A DNA stretch of 64,000 bases from the human T2T-CHM13v2.0 reference genome, Homo sapiens: the NCBI RefSeq assembly GCF_009914755.1, contig NC_060946.1, one strand, 5' to 3'. Shown here piece after piece: positions 53,560 through 64,000 of the stretch (position 1 is its first letter; the number at the start of each line of letters is the position of its first letter). A model generated the notes under the pieces. That model made no database searches. It was not told where the DNA came from and worked only from the letters and a program-made list of their open reading frames with translations. The translations under genes and the position numbers were made by a program.

Positions 53560-56500
53560 TGAAAATTGAGATAGAATTTACATGCCATAAAATTAACTAT
53601 TTAAATGTGTACAATTCAGTGGTCTTCAGTATATACACAGTCATGTAACCATCACCATTATCTCATTCCAAAACACTTTTTGTCACCCCCCAAAAGCCCC
53701 ATACACATTAGCAGTCACTATCTATAAACCCCCCAACGACACCCATCCCCTGTCATGCACTTCCTGTCTCTATGACTTGCCTATTTTGCACATTTAATAT
53801 AAAAAGAATCATACAATGTATGGTCTTTTGTAACTGGCTTCTTCCTTCTAGCACAGGGTTTTCAAGGTTCATATATATTGTAGTGTACATCAGCTCTTCA
53901 TTTCTTTTTTATGGCTCAATAATATTCTGTTGTACAGACAGACTACATTTTGTTTATCCATTTGGCTGATGGGTTTTGGGTTGTTTTAATTTTTTGGCTA
54001 TAGTGAATTATGCTGCTATGGATATTTATGTACAAGTTTTTGTTTAAACACCTGTTGTCAATTTTCCTGGGCATATACCTAGGGGTAGAATTACTGAGAT
54101 ATATGGCAACTCTAATCTTTTGAGGAACTGCAAAACTGCTTGCTGCAGAGGCTGCCCCATTTTACATTCCCACTAGCGATATACGAGCATTCCAATTTCT
54201 CCACATATTTGCCAGCATTTATTTCTCATTTTTCGGTTTGAGGTATCCTAGAAGGTTTGAAGAGATATCTCAATTCATTTCCCTAATATCTAATGATGTT
54301 GAGTATATTGCCATGTGTTTATGGATCTTATATCTTTGAAGAAATGTCCATTTCTTTTTACCAATGTCCTTTGTCCATTGGTAAATTGTGTTATTTATTT
54401 ATTTATTTATTTACGTTACAAGAGTTCTTTATACATTTTGGATATTAACGCCTTGTGGGATATATGATTTGCAAATAATTTCTTACATTATGTGGCTTGT
54501 CTCTTCACTCTCTGGATAGTGTCATTTGATTTAAAAAAGTTTTTGATTTTGATGAAGTTTAATTTATCTAACTTTTCTTTGGTTGCTTGTGCTTTTGGTG
54601 TCATATCTAAGAAATCATTGCCTAATCCAAGGTCATGAATATTTACACATATTTTCTTTTAATAATTCTACAGTTTCAGCTTTAACATTTAAGTATTTGA
54701 TCCATTTTGAGTTAATTTCTGTACATGGTTAGAGGAAGGGTTCAAACTTATTATTTTGCTTGTAGATATTTAATTGTCCTTGTGTATTATTTGTTGAAAG
54801 ACTATTCTTTCTCCACTGAATGGTTTTAACACCCTTGTAGGAAATCAATTGACCATAGATATATGGTTTATTTTTGGAATCTCAATTTTTCTCCATAGAT
54901 AAATATGCCTATTCTTATGCCAGCAACACACTGTCTCTATTACTGTAGCTTTGTAGAAAGATTGGAAATTAGGAAATGTGAATTCTTCAAATTTATTATT
55001 CCTCTTCAAGATTGTTTTGACTATTCTGGTTCTCTTGCAATTATATATGAATTTTAAAATGTTTGTCTATTTTTGTAAAAAGATGAATTTTTATAGGAAT
55101 TGTATTAAATCTGTTGATCAATTTTGGCAGTATTATGATCTTAACGATATAGGTCTTCTAATTTATTAACACATGGCATTTTTCTGTTTATTTGGGTCTT
55201 TAATTTTTTTAACAAGTTTTTATAGTTTCATGTATACAAGTCTTACACTTTTCTTATGTATATTGCTGAGTATATTATTCTTTTTGATGCTATTGTAAAT
55301 TGAATTATTCCCTTAATTATATTTTTAGATAGTTCTTTGACTATTGAGACATGACTGATTTTTGTATATTAATCATGTATCCTGCAATATTACTGAACTT
55401 ATATATTAGCTCCAATAGTTTTTTGGCAGGTACCTAAGATTTTTTTGTTTGTTTGTTTTTGTTTTTTATTTTATAGGTAAGATCATACTGTTTGCACCTA
55501 GATGTCATTTTCCTTCTTTTCCTAGATGACTTTTATTCCTGATTTTAGTAAATTAAGTCTTCTCTTGTTTTGTTTTATTGGTCAGGTTAGGTAAATGTTT
55601 GTCAAATGTGTTGATTTTTTTTAAAAAACTTTCATTTTCATTGATTTTCTCTATTGTTTTTGTATTCTCTATTCTGTTTATGTCTGCTCTAATTTTTATA
55701 ATTTTCTTCTTTTGATTTAGATTTAATTTCCTTTTCTATCTCTAGTTTCTTAAGGTGGAAAGTTAGGTAAATAATTTGAGATTTTTCTATTTTCTTAATG
55801 TAAGCATTATAGCTATAAATCTCCTTGTGAGCATTGCTTTAACAGCATACTCTAAGTTTTGGTATGCTGTGTTTCTATCTCAAAGTACTTTTTAATTTTC
55901 ACTGTGTTCTTCTTTGACCCATTGGTTATTTAATTTCCACATATTTGTAAAGTTTTCCAATTTCTTTCTCTTATTGATTTTTAAATTCACTCCACTTTCA
56001 CTATGGCCAGAGAGCATAATTTGTATGACTTCAACCCTTTTTAATTTATTGAGATTTGTTTCATTGCCTAATATAGGTTCCATCATGAAAAAGTTTCCAC
56101 GTGCACTTCTGATGCTATTTTCAATGGAACTGCACATTCTGTTGTTAAATGGAGTGGTCTATAGATGTCTTTTAGGTCTAATTGGCTTACAATGTTGTTC
56201 AATTCCTTTTATTTGCTAATCTTCTCTATAGTTGTTATATTTATTATTAAAAGCAAGGTACTGACATTTCCAGCTATTATTATTAAATTGTCTACTTTCC
56301 ATTTTAACTTTGTATGTTTTTGCTTCATGTATTTTGGGACTTTTTTCTTAGGTTCATGTACAGTTATAATTATTGTCTTTTAAGGAATTGACCCCTTGAT
56401 AATTATACCATGTCCTTATTTGTCTCTAGTAATGATTTTTGTTTCAAAGTCAATTTTGTTTGATATAAGTATAGGCTGCCTGTTTCTGTTTTGATTATTA

Positions 56501-58540
56501 TTAGTATGGTGTGTCTTGTTTATCTTTTACTTCCAACCTATTTGTGATTTTTAATTTAAGCTGTGTTTCTTGTCGACAGCATACGGTTGGATGATGTCTT
56601 ATCCACTTTGCCAATTTATGCCTTTTAATTGAAGAGTTTAACTTATTTGCATTTAATGTAATTAGTAATAAGGTAGAATTTACCACTGTTATTTTGCTAC
56701 TTGTTTTCTACATGTCTTATGTCATTATTGTTTCTCTATTCCTCCATTACTTCCTTCTTTTGTGTTAAAAAGATATTTCCTAGTGTGTTATTTTAATTCC
56801 CTTGTTGTTTCCTTTACTATCCATATTCTAGGCATTTTCTTAGTGGTTGCCCTGGATATTATAATTAGAATCTTAATGTATAATAATCCAGTTCAGAATA
56901 AGACCAACTAAATTTAAATAGTAAATAAAAACCTTTCCTTTCTATAACTTCCTTTCTCTCCTTTTTTATGTTTTATTTTCTTATGCAGTTGTATTTTAAA
57001 TCAGAAAGGAAAACAAAAGGAATTACAAACAAACAATACATGTATACTGTCCTTTCTATTTACCTCTGTAGTTATTTTTGTCTGTGCTCTCTATTTCTCT
57101 ACAGAGCTTACAGTTTCTCTCCAGTGTCCTTTCATGTTAGCCCGAAGTACTCCATTTAGCATTTTTTTATAGGTCAGGTTTACTAGTAATAGACTCTGGC
57201 AGCCTTTTTTTATTTTATTATATATCTATATATATTTTTAATTCAGTAAGTCTTAATCTCCATCATTTTTGAAGAATAGTCTGGTGGAATGTAGGATTTT
57301 GATTGACAATTTTTTTTCAATAATGTAATTATGGCATCCCATTGCTTTCTGGTCTCATGGTTTCTGATAAGAAATCAGCTTTGAATCTTGTTGGTGTTCC
57401 CTTGTACATGACAAGTCACTTCTCTTTTGCTGCTTTTAAGATTCTGTGTCTTTGATATTTGACATTTTGATTAAATGTGTCTCAGTGTGGGTCTCCTTGA
57501 GTTTATTTTACTTGGAATTTACTGAGCTTTTAGAATGTAACATTCGTTTATTTTATAAAATTTTTGAAAAGTTTCAGCCATTACTTTCTTAAATCTACTT
57601 TCTTCCCCTTTTTCTTTCTCCATTCTTTTTGAAACTCCTATTACACATATGTTGGCTTGCTTGATAGTCCCACAGGTGTTTGAGATTCCTTCCTCTTTTC
57701 TTCCTTCTTTTTAAAATTTCTGTTCTCCAAACTGGATAATTTAAATAGTCCTATCGTCAAGTTTTACAATTCTTCTTCCTGCTGAAATGGGTTCTTGAGC
57801 CCCTTTAGTGAATGTCTTATTCCAGATATTGTACTTTTCAACTACAGAATTTTAATTTATTTTTTAAAAAATACGTCTGTCTCTTTATTGATATTTTCTA
57901 TTTGGTGAGATAGCATTATCACACTTTCCTTTATTTCCTTAAATATTTTAACATTCTTTGAACATAATACACATACCCAATTATAGTATTTTAGTCTTCA
58001 TTTATGAAACCCAACATCTAGGCTTCCACAAAGACTGTTTCTATAGGTCGATTTTTTTTCCTGTATATAGGACATACTTTCTTATTTGCTTGCACACCTT
58101 ACACTTTTTTGTTGTTGAAAAACTTGGCATTTTAAATAATATAATGTGACAACTCTGAAAATCAGGATTTTTTCCTGCCTTGGAGTTATTGTTTCTTCAT
58201 GTTGTAGTAGTTGTTATTGTTCAGTGACTTTTCCAAACTAATTATTTAACATGTGCATTTTTTGTCATGTGTGGCTATTTAAGTCTCTACTTGCAAAACA
58301 TAATGGTCAGCTAATGATTGTACAGAGCTTTCTTTAAGTGCCTAGGGCCAAAAAACTTCCCAGTTTCCAAGCACTTCCCAACATTGCTCTTTCCTTCACT
58401 TCTTGCTTTTGCAGAGCCCCTCAGTCAGAATATATCAATGTTTTTCAAAGCCCCATGGGTATCTTGTTCCTCAGCCCTTCCTTTTAGCCTTTGACATTAA
58501 CCTGTTGTTTACTGCAGTGAGTGTTTGTTGCCTCAGCATT
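53560..58540 (-). mobile_element. L1MB-type LINE-1 (3'UTR to ORF1), with internal deletions
   Basis: 3' end TTGAGATAGAATTTACATGCCATAAAATT. ORF-track peptides 55892-56137 and 56501-56686 are L1 ORF2 endonuclease-like (ITLNANKLNSSIKRHKLAKWI..PTVCC.QET; LGNETNLNKLKRVEVIQ..SGH). Confidence 0.85.
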
Positions 58541-58547
58541 CGTTTTG

Positions 58548-58960
58548 AATACAGGTTTAGCTTTCTCATGACAGAGGCAGGGCTCAGTCACCCTTGACAC
58601 AATTTTCAGTTCTATGCCACACCCAAAAGACTCAAGCCAGATGCCAGCAAAAGAATCTTAAAGACATGTGGAACACCTAGCATACTGGGTTCCCTGATTT
58701 CCTGCCACTTTTTTTTTTAAGAGACTCTTCAGTCACTTGCCCATGAACTTACAGTGACCTGCACCCTATTCCCCAATATATACTGCTGGCTGCCATGCTC
58801 TCTTCTCTATGCTTGCCCTCCCTGACCTCTGTGTGTGGCCTCCAAGGATGCTGAATAACATCCCCTGAAAGTCCCCTGGGGTTTTTAGTAAGTACTAAAC
58901 TTTCCCATTGTGATTGTGTCACTGAAGCCCTGGCCACACTGTGACCCTTGACCTTTAGGC
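58548..58960 (+). mobile_element. ERVL-class LTR (family uncertain)
   Basis: CATGACAGAGGCAGGGCTCAGTCACCCTTGACAC..CACCCTATTCCCCAATATATACTGCT (TATA-like); GC-richer insert within L1. Confidence 0.6.
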
Positions 58961-60989
58961 TTCCAGAAGGGACTTCTGCAGAAGTCCCTGGGTTCTCTTT
59001 TTGTCCCTTTTCCTTTCCCCGTTCTTGTTGACATTCTTATTACACATACATTGACTTGATTGGTAGTCCCACAGTTATTTGAGACTCTGTCCTGCTTTCT
59101 TCATTCTTTAAAAATTTCTGTTCTTCCAATACAGATTCCCTGCTGCTGCTCTTCTGTCCAGGCTCTGGTAACTACTAGAAGTTTCAAAGCTAGGAGCAGA
59201 GCTACCACAAAGTTGATAATAAAACTCAAAGAGTTTTATTCAAAACATTTACCCAAACTTGTATTCATTGCCTCAGGCAGCTACGAAGTTAAAACACTTC
59301 TCTGTAATTGTTTTCAACTAGTGACCTCTTGGGGAGAAGGTGAGCTCCCAGTTAGCCACCTGATATGCCAAATAATGGCAATTCTTTGAGAATGAGGCTT
59401 TGAATACAGCTGCAGCTTTGTTCCTCTCCCTCAGATACCAGGCATAAGTGCTCTTGCTTTTCAAAGCTGCCTCTGAGCTGGAGAGCAGAGGATGAGACTA
59501 GAGCAAGTTCAACTGTGAGCAAAGCTCACTTTTACAAAGATTCAACCATTTTTCTTAGATAAATACTCACAAGATGGGTGCAAGTCTTTGAAGAATTTCC
59601 AGAGTTTTGAAAAAGTTGATTTTCTTAATTTTTTCCAGGTTTTTAAAAAAATTGTTTTTCTGGAAGTGTGAGTTTTGGGATGTTACTACTCTGCCATTTT
59701 TACTGACATCATTCTATGAAGCGTCTCTTAAGCTTGATTTTACCTGAAAGGCTATCAGTTGAGTTCTTAATTTCTATTACTACTGTATTTTCCATTTTTT
59801 AAATAGATTTAAGTTTTCTTATAAAATTCTTCAACTTATCATCTATAGTCTTAAACACAAATTTCAGTAATTTTAAAGTTTATATGGAATACATTCTGTA
59901 TTGGAAAATTCTGTGGATCTGTTTCTACTGTTTGCTTTTTCTCTTGGCCTTTGTTTCTTTGGTTTTGTAAGCCTTGGCTTTGTATACCAGGCAGACATGC
60001 CTGATACATTTTTTGTTGAACGCCAAACATTGCATATGAAAATTATATTGATAATTTGATGGTACTATCTTACTTGAAACAGGATTTACTACTTCATCTG
60101 GTAGGCTTTTATGCTGGGGCTAGTTCCAAGCTACGAATTTAATTATTTGAAACTGGGTTTCAGCATTTGTAAATTCTTGTCTAACTTTGGCTTGCTTTTA
60201 CTCTTCTGCAGCTCTTCAGGTTTCCAAATGACAATTTGGATCATCTTCTCGGGCTTTTCCTCCTGAAGGGGTCTGGACAAATAATGATGTCTTCTAGCCA
60301 CATAGGAGTTCCAAAATTTCTCTTCAGTTTCTTAGACCCTCAGCTTCCCTCCAACACACAGGCAAAACAAAGTCAGTCAAGGCTAGGCTAGATCAGCTGA
60401 ACTTCCCTTAACCCTCACCCAACCTTCTACCCTCTGAGTGAGAAACAAGTAACTTTTGAAGTAGTTTGTTATGCAGAATGATTGTGGGATTGAGGCCTGA
60501 TACAGCACTTTTTTTTCCCCTTAAACATCTCCTATCATCACAGACAAGTCTTTTGCCATGAGGCTATCTGGCTGTTCAGCTAGAAGCATGGGTTTATACA
60601 TCCAATCCAATTTTTTGGCTGGTGAATTTCTAAGTTTTTTCAAGTTTCAGCTTCAGAAAAGCTCATCTGGATTCCTTAACCTGTCTCCTGACCCCTTATA
60701 GCTTTAGTGCACAAATCTTTTAGGACAATTTCACATTGTAATCAACCATCAACTGGAATGCCTCTATGTTGAATATGCAAGCTGATAACTTGTTATCTTA
60801 GGATCCCCAGCACTATATCTGGCATTTGTTATTTGCTTAAGGTGTGGTTGTAGAATGAAGGATAACAATGCTAATCTGACAGCTGTGTGGCATTTGATAG
60901 TAAATGAAATGCTTTTAGGAACATTATTTTATCTTGAGTTTTATGTCAAGCTACTGAAGCTCCTTACCATGTCACATAAGGAAGAAATT

Positions 60990-61125
60990 ATTTTTTCCAC
61001 AAGATTTTTAACCACTTTATAAACAAAGAAATGAGACCTCAGTGAAGTTAAGTAACTGTTCTGAGATTATAATGCTTTTAAGTAGTAGAGCTAGGATTAG
61101 AATCCGTGTTCTTTTCATTGTGCCA
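60990..61125 (-). mobile_element. MIR
   Basis: CACTTTATAAACAAAGAAATGAGACCTCAGTGAAGTTAAGTAAC..AGTAGTAGAGCTAGGATTAGAATCC. Confidence 0.7.
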
Positions 61126-62452
61126 TATGGTATCTTGATACAATCTGGCTTTCATGCATACACTGATGGGAATTTAAACAAGGCCGTTGGCACCAAATCT
61201 GACCATCAGCCAGTGTTGGCATTGCCCATCACTTTCACAGTCAGTGCACAGAACTACAAACACCTTTGAAATTCACAATTTGTCCACTGAATAACTGAGT
61301 TTACAGAAGCTAATACTTGTATTCACTTTAACTGTGAACATTCACAAAGTAAAGCAAAGTTACAAGCCGTTTTTCTATGCTTTCATGTAAGAGGAATGCT
61401 TGTGTTTGTGCAGAATTATGCCAGGAGGCTGCTGGCAGCTTTTGTCAGATGACATAGAAACATCTGTTCCAATAAATATCTTCCTCACAGACTCATTTGC
61501 AGGGAACAAGAATCTCTTCTGGCAGTACGAGCACAGACCTGGTAAGGTGGCCTTAGATGGAATTTTGTTATTTTCTGTGGCCCCTCAGCTAAGCACTGGG
61601 TGTCTAGAACAGTAGGTGACCCATGATCAGGAGGTGGTTCAGAGTGGCTGGGAATGCAGGTGCCTTGCTAAGCCTAGGATGGACTGTCCCAAGGTACTCT
61701 GCCCTGAAGAGGAGGCAGACAGGTATCTCCAGGTTGAGGATTAGGGTGCAGTGTCCAATAGTGCCTGGCCCTTCCACCAAGTCCTGAGATATGGATAGTT
61801 TTGGGATTATAGTAAGAAAGGGTCAGAACACAAAAAGTAAAAAGATTCCAGCAACTGGATAAGTCTCAGTGAAAAGCGTTCCCCTTTGCAGCAGGTGCAA
61901 GGAAGTAGACGATCGGCCCACCTCACCACTCAGGTTGCTGTGAAGCCCTGTGCTGCTGATGTGCACTTTAAGAGCCCCACTGCTGGGAAGACTTGGTCAC
62001 TCCCATCACAACTCTTGTGATCCCAGCTCTGAATATTGCACAGCAGAATGTCTGTCTCCACATTGAGCTTCACTGCCTGGCACAGTGCTTTCTTCCCCTT
62101 CTCTTCCATTTTTGTCATCTGCATTGAACTACCCTTGATGTCATTTGTGACAGTGAGAGCAATGGCTAGAAAAGCCAGAAGAATCAATCACTGCCCAAGT
62201 GCCAAGGATGAGGTCCACATGTTTAGTGTCCACCCAAAGACAGAGGACCATCATCCGGAAAGGAATGCTGTGCTCTCTAGTGCAATGTGCATTGGTCATG
62301 ACCATAGTGTAAGAACAGCCCATTCCCTACTGACTGGGGGTACCAGCAATTGGCAAATGTGTGCTGGATTCCTCCCCCTACTAGAGATTCCCTACATCGG
62401 GGGAAGAGTCTGGACTCTGAAGTTGTTACGTATCAGGCGTCACTCAGGGTGT

Positions 62453-62670
62453 GCATACACCCCTGAGTTATGATGGTTCAACCTGCAAATCCTTGACACT
62501 CAGCATGAAACCCATCATTAAGTCAAAGAGCATCTGAACTTACAGTGTTCAACTCATGATTTTTCTACTTTACAATGGATTTCTCAGGTTATTAAATGCA
62601 TTTTTTACTTACAAGGTTTTTATTTACAATGAGTTTATTGGGAGGTGACCCCATTGTAACTTGAGAAATA
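62453..62670. mobile_element. Tigger4/MER46-like DNA transposon fragment
   Basis: GAGTTATGATGG..CCCATCATTAAGTCAAAGAGCATCTG; AAATGCATTTT..ACTTACAA..TTTACAATGAGTTTATTGGGA..ACCCCATTGTAA. Confidence 0.7.
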
Positions 62671-62674
62671 TCTC

Positions 62675-63117
62675 TGTGTGTGTTTGTGTAAATAAGGAAC
62701 TGGTTCACATAATTATGGAGCCAGAAAAGTCCCACAATGTGCCACCTGTAAGCCAGAGACTTAGGAGAACTGGTGATGTCATTCGGTTCCAATACATAAG
62801 AACCAGGAGAGCTGACAGTGTAAGTTCTAATGCAAGTCAAGGACAAGATGGCTGTCCCAGCTTGAAAACTGTTGGGCAGAGAATGACAGTGACTTCTCCC
62901 TTACCCTTCCTTTAGTGTGATTCAGGTCTCCAACAGATTGAGTGATGGCCACCACACTGGTGAAATCATTGCTGAAATCATTGCTTTACTCAGTCCACCA
63001 GTTTGAATGTTAATCCCAATCCAAAACACTCTGAAAGATACACCCAGCATGATGTGTGGCCAAATATATGGGCATCCCCTGGCCTAATTCAAGTTGACTG
63101 ATAAATGAACCATCCCA
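62675..63117 (-). mobile_element. MLT2B/C-type ERVL LTR
   Basis: ATAAGGAACTGGTTCACATAATTATGGAG..CTTTACTCAGTCCACC..CAAGTTGAC..AACCATCCCA. Confidence 0.8.
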
Positions 63118-63129
63118 GGAGATGACCCG

Positions 63130-63310
63130 CCTGGGATCAAATCCAGACTGCACTGTTTCCCAGCTATGAGATGTGGGCTGAGTTTCTCTGTGCCTCATGC
63201 TCAAAATGAGGATAAAGAGAGTAACTACCTTGTAGGGTTTACAAGGTAAGTACCTTGAGGTTAAAATGAGGAAATTCCTGCAAAGGGCTTGGAACACATC
63301 TTGCATGTTA
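63130..63310 (+). mobile_element. MIR
   Basis: CCTGGGATCAAATCCAGACT..CTCTGTGCCTCA..AAAATGAGGATAA..CTACCTTGTAGGGTT. Confidence 0.7.
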
Positions 63311-64000
63311 CACAAAGGTGCCACCAGATCATTCTCATCCCTGCAATCCTCTCTTCAGCCTGTGACTCCAACTCTCCACATCCTCATCATCTTGCAGGAG
63401 GTACGTGGCCCAGTCCCTTCTTCCCTTCCACGGACTCCCGAGTTGGGACAGAAATCATCCTTGGAGAACACAGTTTGAATTAATTAATGAAGTCTCCAAA
63501 AAAAAAGTTTCATCCTCCTCCCTTGCTATCTATCAAGCAACATCAGCCGCAAGAAATGAGAAAACATTTTTCTTCTCTAGAACATTCTACAAACAAGCCT
63601 TAATTTAAAAAAAATTAAAAAGTTTTAAAGCAGCAAAACTGGAAACACATAAACCCCCTCCAGAAAGTAGTTAATAGCAACTATTAAACATATAAATGAG
63701 TGTCATGATTGATTTTCTTCTGCACAAACCAGAGGGAATTTACAGTGGGCTCTGTGCTATTTGGCTTAGGGAGTATCTAGAAAGAAGGGTGAACCTCATG
63801 GTTTCAGAGATATACAGGCGTTGACCTACATTTCACTGCTATTTTGGAAGATTAAGACCACAAATGACATAACAGTTAATTGACTCTATAAATTTTACAT
63901 ATGAAAAGAAACATTTTCTTAATGAGTGTGAGTTTGTAATTTAGCTGCATTTTAATAATGGCTTAGAAAATTGAAAAGCCTGACAAACACACGATCGTTT

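Noticed and set aside
55892-56686. L1 endonuclease-like peptides
   Set aside because: Short fragments of a dead L1MB ORF2, not an intact or domesticated gene.
62036-62473. 145-aa ORF with a hydrophobic N-terminal region
   Set aside because: No recognisable family, no clear exon boundaries, and it ends in a DNA transposon.

Overview
This is 64 kb of primate, very probably human, non-coding genomic DNA. Evidence: 16 Alu copies (J, S and Y types), many with target-site duplications, plus L1, L2, MIR, ERVL/MaLR/ERV1 LTRs and hAT/TcMar DNA-transposon fossils. I find no credible protein-coding exon, RNA gene or CRISPR array, and the listed ORFs are explained by repeats or chance. Layout: (1) about 1.7-10.4 kb is a + strand L1MC-type element with nested Alus and LTRs and one large deletion; (2) about 10.4-18.9 kb is unique, enhancer-like DNA with THE1, MLT1 and L2 fossils; (3) about 18.9-22.3 kb is a minus-strand, internally deleted ERVL-class provirus with recognisable gag, protease and RT remnants, a 56-bp hairpin minisatellite inside gag, and an MLT2A LTR inserted in its 5' LTR; (4) about 23-33 kb is L1/LTR debris with a 127-bp inverted duplication bracketed by (TG)n and (CA)n; (5) about 33-46 kb is unique DNA plus LTRs; (6) about 46-60 kb is AT-rich minus-strand L1. 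I did not find a convincing new multi-gene system. The most unusual signal is a series of locally templated palindromes and duplications, together with the hairpin VNTR inside the ERVL gag fossil. Repeat subfamily names come from recalled consensus sequences, not a database search. Boundaries of old elements are approximate (tens of bp).
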